NCBI RefSeq assembly: GCF_030144855.1
Contig: NC_082715.1
Coordinates: 146,320,001-146,384,000 of the forward strand
Length of the DNA stretch: 64,000 bases
Reading direction: 5' to 3'
From: Hypanus sabinus
Lineage: Eukaryota
In this document: one piece after another, positions 1 through 11,440 of the stretch
Layout of the letters: the number at the start of each line of letters is the position of its first letter
How positions within the stretch are numbered: the stretch's first letter is position 1
The notes under the pieces: generated by a model
Told to the model about the DNA's origin: nothing
Seen by the model: the letters and a program-made list of their open reading frames with translations, nothing else
Databases searched by the model: none
Translations under genes and position numbers: made by a program

Positions 1-826
1 ATGGCATTTAAGGGTAGACCTGGGGTTCAGGTAGATAGAGAGTCAGGCAGACAGAGCGGAGCGGGCTCCCGGAGTTCGGGCAGGCAGGCAGTTCCCACAG
101 TTCGGGGCAGGCAGGCAGGCAGATCCCACAGTTCGGGGCAGGCAGGCAGGCAGATCCCACAGTTCGGGGCAGGCAGGCAGGCAGATTCCTCATGGAGGCC
201 CGCATGGATCCCGGACAGGGCCGCCTCCCAGGCGGAAAACACAGAGGCCTGGGCCAGTCGCGGACACCTGGGCAGGTGCGGGGCACAACCCCTCGCCGGG
301 CAGCGGCAGTCCGGCCGGACACGCCCGACGGAAGCAACGGGTAGGAAGGGGCAGAAACCACGCCGGGCCGGGGCAGTCCGGCCGGATCCGCTCGAGGGAG
401 TCAACGGGTAGGAAGCTGGGTCCAGGGTAAGCAGCCAAACTACAGTGATCCACCGGGTACATTGGTAAATTGGGAAAGGCAACCAACAGCGTGGCAGCGC
501 AAGCAAGGAAAATAAGGTGGAACAGCGGGACCCGCGCACCGGAGAGAAGCGGGGGAACAAGACCAACCGGATAGAGCATATACAGAACAGCCCAGCAACC
601 AGGGCAGAACAGGATACAGAACAAAACGACCATCCGCCTGGTCCCAGTCCCAAGGCCCCTTATAAACACTTGCAGCTCAATGAGTCACAGGTGTGCCTCC
701 TTGAGCCAGGATGGCCCTAACTAGTTCACGGGTGACGGAAGGAACAACTGCAGGACCCGGAGTCCGGAGCACTCGGACCGGATCGAGACCCGGAACGCGG
801 ATTCCAGACTGGACCGGACCCTGACA
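1..826. mobile_element. LTR-like element, cut by the window start, inserted into a CR1 remnant; contains an internal ~31-bp GC-rich tandem repeat (~75-190)
   Basis: GC-rich block ending in ...CCCTGACA at 826 (a TG...CA-type terminus). The flank resumes with CTCTTAAATACTCC, which is uninterrupted at the paralogous site near 58325. The unit CCCACAGTTCGGGGCAGGCAGGCAG is repeated 3-4 times. Confidence 0.5.
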
Positions 827-3260
827 CTCTTAAATACTCCTAACGTTTTAGTCTCTACCACCATCCCGGCCAAGTCATTCCAGGCACCCAGAACCCTCTG
901 TATAAAAACATTACTCCTGATATCTCCCCCAAACGTTACTCCCTTAATTTTGTACATACACCCTCTGGTGTATGCTATTCGTGCGCTGGGAAACAGGTAT
1001 TGGCTATCCACACTATCTATGCCTCTCATAATCTTAAACACCTCTATCAAGTCCCGTCTCAACTTTATACGCTCCAAGGAGAAAAGTCCCAGCTCCGCTA
1101 ACCTTGCCTCATACGACTTGTTTTCCAATCTAGGCAACTTCCTGGTAAATTTCCTCTGCATCCTCTCTATAGCTTCCACATCCTTCCTATAATCAGGTGA
1201 TCAGAACTGAAATCATTACTCTAAGTATGGTCTCACCAGAGATTTGTAGGGCTGCAACAAGACCTCTGTACTCTTGAATTCAACCCCCCTATTAATGAAG
1301 CCTAATATCCAATAGGCCCTCTTAACTAACCTATAAACCTGTGCAGCAACCTTGAGTTATGTATGGATTTGAACCCCAAGGTCACTTTTTTCTTCCACAC
1401 TCTTAAGTAACCGACCATAAACCCTGTACTCAGCCTTCTGGTTTATCTTTCCATCACCTCACTCTTATCCGGATTGAACTCCACCTGCAACTTTTCTGCC
1501 AAACTCTGCATCCGGTCTCTATTCTCTTGTAGCCTTCGACAACCTGCAGCTCCATCTACAATTCCTCCAATCTTCGCGTCGTCCACAAACGAACTCACCC
1601 AACATTCCGCCTCTTCATCCAGGTCATTTATAAAACATCACGAAGAGCAGGGGCCTCAGTGTGGCACTCCACTAGTCATCGACCTTCAGGCAGAATACTT
1701 TCCTTTCACTACTACCCTCCGATTTCTTCCTGTAAGCCATTTCAAAATCCAAATAGCCAAGTTTCCACTAATCCCATGCCTCATGACTTTCTGGATGAGT
1801 CTCCCGTGGGGGACCCTGTCAAGTGCCTTGTACATCCATGTAGACCTCATCTACCGCCCTACCATAATCAATTTCGTTTGTTACATCTTCAAAAAACTCA
1901 ATTAGAGTCGTGAGGCATGACCTTCCCTTCACAAAGTCATGTTGACTAGCTTGAGTCGTCTTCACGTCTCCAAATGCTCGTAGATCCTATCCTTAAGAAT
2001 CCTTTCCAATAGTTTGCAGACCAACGACGTAAGACTCACTGGTCTATAGCTCCCAGGATTCTCCCTATTACCTTTTTAAAACAAGGGAACTACATTTGCC
2101 GTTCCCCTATCCTCCGGGACCTCCCCTGCAGCCAAACAGGATTCAAAGCTCATAGCTATTGCTCCAGCGATCTCTTCCCTCACTTCCCACAGCAACCTGA
2201 GGTATATCACGTCCGGTCCTGGGGACTTATCAATCTCGATGTTTTTCAGAAGATACAACACTTCTTCATCCTTAATTTCCACATTGTCCGGCACACAGGC
2301 CTGTTCTGTTTCCACCTCACTCCGATCAAAGTCCTTTTCACTTGTGAATACTGATGCAAAGTATTCATTTAGGACCTCCCCAACCTCCTCTACCTTCAGG
2401 CACATGTTGCCCTTTTTTTTATCTTTTAGCGGCCCCACCTTCATTCTTGTGATCCTTTTGTTCTTCACATACCCATAGAACGCCTTGGGGTTCTTCTTAA
2501 TCCTACATGCCAAGGCCTTCTCATTCTCCCTTCGAGCTCTCCTAAGTCCTTTCCTAAGCTTCCTGGCTACCCCAATTTTCTTATGAGCCCCATACCCTCG
2601 CTTCCTGCTTTTTATATCTAACATATGCTTCTCTCTTCCTCTTGTGGAGTTGCCTCATGTGTTTCGTTATCCATTGTTCCCCTTTCCTACCATTTTCTCC
2701 TTATTGCTGTAGGGCAAACCTATCCTGAACCCAGCACAAGTGGTCCCTCAACTTCCTCCACATTACTTCTGTGCTTTCATTCTTGAACATCTGTTTCCAA
2801 TTTATTCTCGCTAGTTCCTGCCTCATGCCTTCATATTTAGCCCTTCCCCAATTAAGCACTTCCCATTTTGTCTGTTTCTACCCTTTTCCTTAGCTATGCC
2901 GAAGTTAAGGCAGTTGTGGTCACTCTCACCAAAATTCTCCCACACCAAGAGGTCTGCCACTTGACCAGGTTCATTACCCAGAATTAGATCCAGAATGGGT
3001 CTCCTTTTCAAACACCAGGAAATCTGCAGATGCCGGAAATTCAAACAACACACAAAAAATGCTGGTGGTACACAGCAGGCCTGGTAGCATCTATAAGGAG
3101 AAGCACAGTCGAGGCCCGCAACGTTGACTGCTCGTTTCCACGGATGCTGCCCGACCTGCTGAGTTCTTCCAGTTTGTTTTACGTGTTGATTTGACTGCAG
3201 CATCTGCTGTGTACTTAGTGTTGTCTACATTTATGTTTTGCCCTCTGCCTGTCTTTCCTC
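827..3260 (-). mobile_element. Degraded CR1-type LINE (ORF2/RT fragments)
   Basis: Minus-strand ORFs 721..1179 (ERMQRKFTRKLP...LFSLERIKLRRDLIEVFKIM) and 2076..2624 (IKKNPKAFYGYV...KSPGPDVI) are typical CR1 ORF2 segments. Paralogous to ~23290-26460 and ~58200-59990. Confidence 0.85.
3012..3230. repeat. Inverted-repeat element built from Penelope-like element termini (paralogs ~26490-26670, ~60010-60260; related element ~9290-9445)
   Basis: The two arms (ATGCTGGTGGTACACAGCAGG... and ...CCTGCTGAGTTCTTCCAG) face each other and match the 3' end of the GIY-YIG element at ~62290-62370. Confidence 0.55.
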
Positions 3261-4770
3261 ACTAACTCAGAACTCATAGCATCATGCCCTTGTCCTTCTA
3301 CTCTAATCTCTGTACTTACATTCAGATTCCCACCCCTCCCGCCAAACTAGTTGAAACACTCCCTAACAGCTCGAGCAAACCTGCCCGCCAGGATATCGGT
3401 CGCTTTCCAGTTCAGGCCCGTCCATTTTGTACAGGTCAGACCTTCCCCAGAGGAGATCACAATACGATATCAATAATATTGTAAGAGTGCAGAGAAAATT
3501 TACAAGGATGTTACTGACACATAACCTGAATTATAGGGAAAGGTTGAATAGGTTTGGACTCCATTCCCTGAAGCAAAGGAGAATGATTGGTGATTTGATG
3601 GAGATATACAAAATTATGAGATGAATAGACAATGTAAATGCAAGCTGGGCTTTTCCACTAAAATTACGTGAAATTAGTACTAGAGATCATGGATTAAAGA
3701 TGAAACGATTAAATGAAGCATGAGGGGAGAGTCTTTACTCGGGCTGTAGTGGGAGTATGGAACGAGCTGCAGGCGAAAGGATTGGGTGCAGGTTCTATTG
3801 CAATATTCATGAGCAACATAGATAGGCACAGGAATGGGAGAATATGGAGAACAACACCCTGGTGACTCCACGCCACGGTTTAATTTCATTCAAACCGAAC
3901 GGGCATTTTAATATTTTTAAAATAACCGTGGTTACCAAGTTTCTCAATGTACTTGGGCATCGATAAAATTTTTAAGGAAACTAAGGATTAAATGTGCATC
4001 CAGAGAAGAATGTTATCTTTTTTTCAGTCCTCAATACCCAAACCTATTATCCGAACACTACAACTTTCAGCTCTCCACAGAAAACAAGGGGGACTCGGAT
4101 CGAATTTAACCTGCCTGTTCACAAAGATTTTTAGATGTTTCAGTGACAGTACATCCGTTTCATCTAAATGCCGTAGAAAATAGACTGTATACATTCGTTT
4201 ATATAAACTTGCTCTTGTTCTGGAAGCAAAATCTGCTGCACTTCACGCAATATGAGGATCGTCCCAGACCCACCAATTTCGCCCCATCTATATTTATGAA
4301 TCGTCCTCAGCTGAATATGTTCCTTCAGGACAGATGACTGTGTGTCTGTGTGTCCACGTGTGTGCGCTTTCACAGCTCTTTCTTTTACATCAGAGCAATA
4401 TCATTAAAGAGAGATATAAAATATATTTCTGCTTCATTCGGAACTCGAAAGAAAAATCATGAAAGCATGTTACAAATCAAACTGGATCATTAATGTTATT
4501 TAGTAGCTGTAGTCGAAATTATCAGCAGTTTGGCAAGAACCAAGAATGCAATCGTCAGACCACGGTCATTTGATGAACATCTAGGAATGCCTTTAACTGA
4601 GACTAATTAACATTGGAGTTTGAGTTAAGAATTATACTAATTTAATAGAATGGCATTTAAAACTGACAAAACTTAAATGGCGACTTTGAACGCAAATACT
4701 GAACTGCAAAAGAATAATGTTTTAAAATCATTTTAATGAAGGAAAAGACGGATAAAATAAGCTTTTCATC

Positions 4771-4776
4771 TTTATT
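4771..4776 (-). terminator. Poly(A) signal AATAAA of IgL cluster A (also present after the other three C exons)
   Basis: TTTATT on the plus strand, 17 nt past the C-exon stop codon. Confidence 0.8.
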
Positions 4777-4793
4777 AAGATTGAAATATGGTT

Positions 4794-5116
4794 TTAGATA
4801 CAGCTGGATCTCTCGATCGTTGCCACAAACGGATTTGCTAGAGCCTCGTGTTTAACCACGCAGCAGTAACGCTCGTGTGAGCTCCATTCTGAGGCTGGCA
4901 GAGTCAGGTAACTGCTCGCACTGAACGTGTTGTCCGTGTCCTGAAGGGCAGGGCTCGTCTCAACGCCATCGCTTTTCGTACGTCTGTCCACGGTCCACTC
5001 AATGCCCACAGCTCCCGGATTAAAACGGCTCACCAAACACACCAGTGTGGCTGTGCCCTTTTTTGTAATTTCTTCAGCTGAGGGCCGGAGGACGGTGACA
5101 GCGGGTGTCCGAGGAT
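4794..5116 (-). CDS. IgL constant exon, cluster A: reading frame open but splice acceptor mutated (CAT instead of CAG)
   Basis: Translates (N)PRTPAVTVLRPSAEEITKKGTATLVCLVSRFNPG...W...YLTLPASEWSSHERYCCVVKHEALANPFVATIERSSCI*, a C1-set domain with a penultimate Cys. Length 323 bp, as in the other C exons. Base 5117 is A where the paralogs have C. Confidence 0.95.
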
Positions 5117-7035
5117 ATGTTTAAAACAAGGTGCCAGTTTAGTATAGGTTGAGCAACTGTTTCTGTTAAAACATCTTTTGTTTAAAATGCATTTGGTATT
5201 TCATGTATTCCTTCATCTTAATGAACAGCTATTTATTTTCCATTTTCCCATTTCAATCTGTTAAATTAGTCGTGGAAAAATTACCACCTAAAATCTCCCG
5301 TGATATTTGTTTTCTTTGACACTGGGGCACAATATGTACAGTGGGATAAAATGAATGATTTCGGCACGGGTTTTAAACTGCATTCATTTTAATGAATGAA
5401 TGAAATTAATTTACTTCGGTCAGTACAAAAATAATAAAAAGCAGCATTAACAACGACGATTTCATAGGACAAAATTACAACAAAAAACATAGATATTCTT
5501 TAAAACAGACCGAAAGTATATAGCTTGTTACGCCTACCCCTCTTACTTACACAACAACATATTTGGCGACAATTATCACATCAAAAAAATCATAATCTTT
5601 TTACACAAAATCCAGTTTCAAATATCATATATATTACTCCCATTCATTTAAAATCATGCATTTTATATTTGTTCATTAAATACTTCTTAAATATTTTAAA
5701 AAACTTGTTAAGTGTGGTGCATGTTTTTAAATTCTTACTACAACTGTTCCATAGATTCACCCCTCTGACTGAAGTACAATGATTTTTTTTTACATCTGTT
5801 CTTATCCTTTGATTTTGAAATATACATGTTCCTGTCAAATCATGTTGACTTTCTCTTATTTTAAACAACCTTTGGATACTTTGTGGTAGTTGTCCTTTGC
5901 ATTCAGGTTGAATAAAAATCTGAGGTTATACCTGACTGCTAATTGTGACTTCCATTGTGACCTAAGCTTTCACCGTTTCTACTTCTACCTTGGACACCTT
6001 GAATTCATTCAAATCTTCCGTCATCAAGACAAGAGGCCGAAGTCCAATACATGTTTTGCTTAAAATCGGGGAATAGTACACGGGGCTCTCAACCTTTTTT
6101 ATGTCATGGACCCCTACTATTAGCAGAGCGTTGTGTAGACCCGAGACTGGGAACCCTTGAATTGTGTATTTAATTCATCTTAGCTATCGGAATACAGAGT
6201 TCGCTTTGTGCAATATAAAATTACAGCCTGCCTGTACAGTATAGTAAATGACTTTTGGACAGTTTAGCATACATGTTGAAACTTATACGCTGTTTTTCCG
6301 AAATATTATTTTTCCATTTAAAGTAAATAATTCTAATCTGGTTTGTGGAGTGCAGCGGATCTTTCTCCTTACACTCATCACTGAGGATGTTACAAGGATG
6401 TGAATATGTGAATATATTCCCATCTTTATTCACATAAACAACTTTCGTACAATGTTCACGACCTAGGTGGTAAAGAGAGGGAATACAACTGTGTTCATCT
6501 TATATGGTTCAGAACTACGGCTCAACGTGGGTTACTTTCAGATTTTTAAGTAATTTTTCGAGTAAAGTTGAAAAGCCCGCTGTTCTGTGGTTCCATTTTT
6601 AGTGTAATGACAACTTTAATGATAGATTAATTCCACTGATTTACTGCCCGTTATGCCGTTGTTGTTCAGGGCAGTAATAAAGATCATCAATCTCTGTCGC
6701 ACCCAGATAGAGAGGGATGTTTCATTGCTATTTCCGTAACAAACTTTGACCTACCAGGGTTGTTATCCCTGAGGTGAACCCCTCAACCTGGACGGCGGAA
6801 GGATGACTTTTAGTCTGGCCTCTATCCTTTGACCTACTGGGCATGGTTGAAACTATCAAAAACCACTCGCCAACATTGCTCTCTGGGTCAATCAGCCACG
6901 CATGTCATCAAACGCTACGATAAGGTGGCCCTCTTGGAAATTGATTTCCACATGGTGACCCAAATGCATCACGATTTTAAATTGCCAAGTTTCAGTATGA
7001 CAATTGGCTGAAAAGTCTGTCTGCCATGTTATCAC

Positions 7036-8000
7036 TGTTACGAAGGATGAACAGCTGTGATGGGCAGAAGGGTGCAGAGTTGCCCATGTTCCCCCCACCC
7101 CCCGGGAGAATCACAAACCGTTACTGTTGTTGTGCTGCTAATGAAAGAGAGAGGTGTAAGAGAAAACATGCTGGAAATGGAACATCTGCTACAGATAAGA
7201 GAGGGATAAAGCAGGGGGAGAGAGGTTTGTTGATTCACAATATTATGACTTCTGAAAGACTTATGGCTTCTGAGAGGATTGTTTACCTTATACTATTCTG
7301 TTCATTAAAATTCCTCAGTGGACAGCCGGAGTGGGCTGGTTTGAAGGACAAAGCCATTCAAAACTGAATGACACCTGAGACCCTCTGATAAAAGTGAGGT
7401 CTGGGCAGACACCCCTCAGTCACACCAGGAGACACACTAGTGAGCACTGCTTGAGTGTTGGAACCCACGTGAAAGTGTGGGGCATCGGAGACCGAACAAA
7501 GAATCGGCCAGTTTAACTCTCAATGTTACAGCAGGGCCGGTGGGTGCTTGTGTGTGTGTCCGCCCTTGCCTGGGTGACGAGTCCGCCACAGAAGAACGGT
7601 CTAGCTGAAGGACAGAGGGGTCATACCTGAATGGCCACAACACATCGACGGATCAAGAACGTAAAGGAAGGTTTGCCTCCCTGCAGCTGTTACTGCTCGC
7701 TCTCTCTCTCCAACAATTACAACACAACAACCGACATCTACCTCAGCACATATGAACTGAACTGAATTTTATATTCACATTTGACAATCCATTTTCCCCG
7801 AGACATCAATAGAGCTTGTTTATTGTTGATTATTATTACATCCACATTTTTAGGTTTATTACGTGTATTATCTATATATTTGCATTATTGATATTGATTT
7901 GTGTATTTTACTAATAAACACTGTTAAAAATAGTACCACCAGACTCCAACGGATACTTCTTTTTCTGCTGGTTAGACACCCAGTTACGGGGTACATAACA
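7036..8000 (+). mobile_element. Solo LTR (965 bp) in the J-C intron of cluster A
   Basis: TGTTA...TAACA inverted termini, AATAAA near 7913, and an imperfect 4-bp target duplication (TCAC/GCAC). Absent at the paralogous sites near 30825 and 44360. Confidence 0.8.
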
Positions 8001-8089
8001 GCACATATTAACATTCCAAAGTAAGAGAGATATAATGCCAACAGTTGAAAACATAAAATACTAAAGGGCGTCTGCTAATAACCATTATA

Positions 8090-8660
8090 ACAATTACAGC
8101 ACGTAAACAGGCCATCTACCCGCACTCAGCCCATAACCCTCCAATCCTTTCTTGTCCATATACCTATCCAATTTTTTTAAAATGACAAAATGGGACCTGC
8201 CTCTACTACTTCTACTGGAAGCTCGTTCCACTCAGCTACCCCTCGCTGAGTAAAGTTCCTCCTCGTCTTACCCCGAAACGTTTGCCCCTTAACTCTCAAA
8301 TTATGTCCTCTTGTTCGAATCTCCCCAAATCTCAATGGAAAATTTCTATCCACGTCAACTCTATCTATCCCTCTCATAATTTTAAATACCTCTATCGTCC
8401 TCCCTCAACCTTCTACGCTCCAAAGAACCTAACTTGTTTAACCTTTCTTTGTAACTTAGGTGCTGAGACCCAGGTAACATTCTAGTAAATCTCCTCTGTA
8501 CTCTATTTTGTTGACATCTTTCTTATAATTCGGTGACCAGAACTGTACACAATACTCCAAATTTGGCCTCTCCAATGCCTTGTGCAACTTTAGTATTACA
8601 TCCCAACTCCTATACTCAATGCTCTGATTTATAAAGGCCAGCATACCAAAAGCAATAAAG
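8090..8660 (-). mobile_element. Old CR1 3' fragment in the J-C intron (shared by clusters A, B and C)
   Basis: ORFs 8177..8377 and 8456..8746 carry the CR1 RT C-terminal motifs (RPNLEYCVQFWSP; RTRGHNLRV). Homologs lie at ~30900-32510 and ~44450-45065. Confidence 0.8.
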
Positions 8661-9809
8661 ATTGAGAATTTCCATTCTAATATCTGTGAGCCACTTTTCG
8701 AAGCCCGCTCTGGTCTTAGATGGTGCACGTTTGTTTCAGATTTCATTCTGATTCAAATTTAACTCTCTACAGCAAAACACTGAATATTGATTTTAAAATA
8801 CCTTGGTGGTTTAATGTGAAAATTTAAAGACTCAAACTGGCGATGAAAAAAAATAAAATAGGACAATGATTAATCTAACAGTTAGTCGTCTCAGTGACAT
8901 CTCAATGAGTTTCCCTATAATTGATGGACTAATTGATCCGTTGTTTTTGATATTCTGTATCTTTGGGCCCTTCAAAAATTTGCATTAACTGCCGTGTTCA
9001 GCATCATCCATGTCTCTGATGGCAAATATGATACCAGTTTTGGTATTTTTTCGAAAAATGTAAGGAGTCACACGAACAACTTGAGCAAGGTGGCGAATGA
9101 TTTAAAAATCATATTTTCAGCGTGTCGGAGATAACCATATACTGCGGACAATTTCAGAAAGATTATAGTTTATTGCATTGGAACCAATCGCCTTTATAAT
9201 CTATCTTTCTTCGTCTATGCAAATTTGTGATTGTTAAAGAATCCCCGAATGTCCAGTGGTCAATAGCTAGCAGATAGGTTGAGTTCTAAGAATACGTACA
9301 CGAGGCTGGAAGAACTCAGCAGGTCAGGCAGCATCCGTGAGAAAAGAGTAGCCAACGTTTCGGGCCGAGTGAAGGGTCTTGGCCTGACCTACTGAGTTCT
9401 TTCAGCGTTATGTACGTATTCTTTGATCCACAGCATCTGCAGTTGTATTTTTTTATTTTTAGGTTAAGGGTTCTGACGGGCATCAACCCAAAATGATGCC
9501 ATCAGCAAAGGTGCATCAACCAACTAATGCAATCAAATTCAGGATTATACTTATATACTAACGATCGAAATAATTGTTCAATTAGCATTTCGGCTTCTAC
9601 AAAGCCAGCTCAAACTAAAGAAACAACAGAGGGGCATTTGGCGGTTCGGCCGCGCGAGTTCAATTAAATTATCAAAGGATCGTTACTCGTGGCTGGATAT
9701 TTGAAAACAGCCACCATTTGTTTCGAAGCCACCCTTAGACGACACAGTTTTAATTATTGTTCACGTAAGTACCAAAAGGACAAGCGCATTGATTTGATAT
9801 TTTACTTAC

Positions 9810-10154
9810 TGCCAACTCCCAGCCTCGTTCCTTTCCCGAAGATTAAAGCATCTTTCCAGACAGCACAGTAATAGTCTGCCGCATCCTCCAACTGGACGCT
9901 CGATATTGTCAATGTTGCCGTGTTGCCGGATATTGAGCCGCCGAAACGGTTCGGAACTCCGGAACCTCTGTTAATGCTGCTCCCCGAATAATAGTAGAAC
10001 AGATACCGAGGAACTTTTCCGGGGATCTGCTGGTACCAGGAAACTCTGCTACTTCCTAAAGAGGTTCCAGACAAGTTGCAGGGTATTTGGACGGTCTGCC
10101 CCGGAGATGTGGATTTCGAAGGTGGTTGATTCATTGTAACTTCCGCGTTGATAT
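9810..10154 (-). CDS. Germline-joined VJ exon of IgL cluster A (lambda/type II-like), open frame
   Basis: Acceptor TTTCCAG, 11-nt leader part 2, then EVTMNQPPS...C...WYQQ...[25 protein letters not shown], then donor GTAAGT. No RSS or spacer between V and J. Confidence 0.97.
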
Positions 10155-10278
10155 CTGGAAACATTCAGAGGGAAGGAACAATGTGCCCAGGTTAATATTC
10201 GAGTAATACCGGAAGTGCTAGAAGAATATCATTGAATAGTATTCGAGATTCAACATAATATCCAAAGAAAATACTCAC

Positions 10279-10327
10279 AAATTGCAGTGAACACCAGCGT
10301 GCTGACCACACGAACCCAGCAAGACAT
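10279..10327 (-). CDS. Leader exon, IgL cluster A
   Basis: 49 nt encoding MSCWVRVVSTLVFTAI plus one base, followed by donor GTGAGT and a 124-bp intron. Splices in frame to give the signal peptide ...TAIYINA. Confidence 0.93.
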
Positions 10328-10436
10328 TGTAATTAATTGAGTGACGCTCACACAAGGTGCGGCGGGTAAGTGGCGTCTCAACTTTTCAGCTCGCTTATGA
10401 ATCCTGTGACGAACTGGCACTGCGAGTTCTCTATTT

Positions 10437-10444
10437 ATGCAAAT
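10437..10444 (-). promoter_or_regulatory. IgL promoter octamer ATTTGCAT, cluster A
   Basis: Exact octamer in light-chain orientation about 110 bp upstream of the ATG, with a CCAAT box nearby (~10472-10476). Confidence 0.85.
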
Positions 10445-11059
10445 CAGTTCAAACAGAATGGCACATTGACACCAATCACAAGTTGCCAACTTTTTCCTGT
10501 GTTAAATTAATTTCAAGTTGTTAGCCAGATAAGCATTTGGTTTCCAGTTGTGTATTACGCCAATATATCTTAGATAAAGAAATTATCCTCTTGTCCCTTC
10601 AGTTGCACGCGATATTTAAAATACGCAAAGCTCGCTGCATTATTAAATATGGTGTGTCCGAGATTTTTGAAAGCAAGAGATGATGAAAAAAAATACGAGC
10701 AATTATTAATGGATCTGTTGGTTTGTCAATGAAGTACAATGAAGTCCAAGCCCCTTATCTGTATACTTACAGAAAACTCAGTGCTAACCCGATGTAAAGA
10801 ACTTGGAAAGATTTTGGAAAGCTTATTTTCCAGCAGCCACTAATCACTCACTTTACTGAAAATAGTCATAAGGAAAATTGAGAGAAGTATTGAATCGACC
10901 AGACGGCTTATTGCGTGTTGTAAATAATTAAAAGTGAATCAATTGGATTCAGCTGGTGCCGAGTGTAGTTTACTATAAATTCTGCCAACCTTAAGTCAAT
11001 ATGGGGAACTGTATTTACATGTAACCACTGGTATCTTATCCCATTTAATGTACATAGCG

Positions 11060-11440
11060 TGTCGTGGGGTGAAGATACGTCCCTACCTAAGGAGGTGTAA
11101 GGCGTTTCGTACCACCGCTAGCTGGCAGGTCACCTTAAGGTAACGTGCCGCAGCTGCTTAGCCCCGCGATTAATGTCACGTGAAGCAGGCGAGCAGGCAA
11201 TGGATAGTCGTATGAGCAATTGGTGAATAGCAGAAGGCCTGGTTATGCGACCACTGACCACAGGCAGACAACCTCTGAAGAGTGTTGTCAATGACTGCGT
11301 TCAACCGACTTGAAAAGATAATGCCCAGGAGAAAGCAATGGCAAACACTTCTGTAGAAAAATTGAGAAGTATAATCATGAGATAGATACATAATGCCATG
11401 ATCGCCCACAACACGCAACAGTGCCCATAACGCTGTGTTT
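11060..11440 (+). mobile_element. RTE/Bov-B-related non-autonomous repeat upstream of each leader (copies ~34145-34520, ~47270-47640)
   Basis: Contains GGAGAAAGCAATGGCAAACACT, resembling the Bov-B GGAGAAGGCAATGGCAACCCACT motif. The cluster C copy ends in a (TGA)n-like tail. Family assignment is from memory only. Confidence 0.4.

Noticed and set aside
75-190. CRISPR-like array
   Set aside because: The repeats are contiguous without unique spacers, the context is eukaryotic and there are no cas genes.
1-720. Several long overlapping ORFs (up to 208 aa)
   Set aside because: They arise from GC-rich tandem repeats in an LTR-like element and show no recognisable protein motifs.
9864-9870. Heptamer-like CACAGTA at the 3' end of each V
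   Set aside because: It is the TACTGTG embedded in the Tyr-Cys codons of most V genes. I saw no convincing nonamer, and it is not evidence of a split V-J or a new mechanism.
10155-10489. ORF-track starts MFPDINA... and MATCDW..., and the C-exon ORFs starting MCLV...
   Set aside because: These are read-through into introns or flanks. The real coding structure follows the splice sites given in the features.
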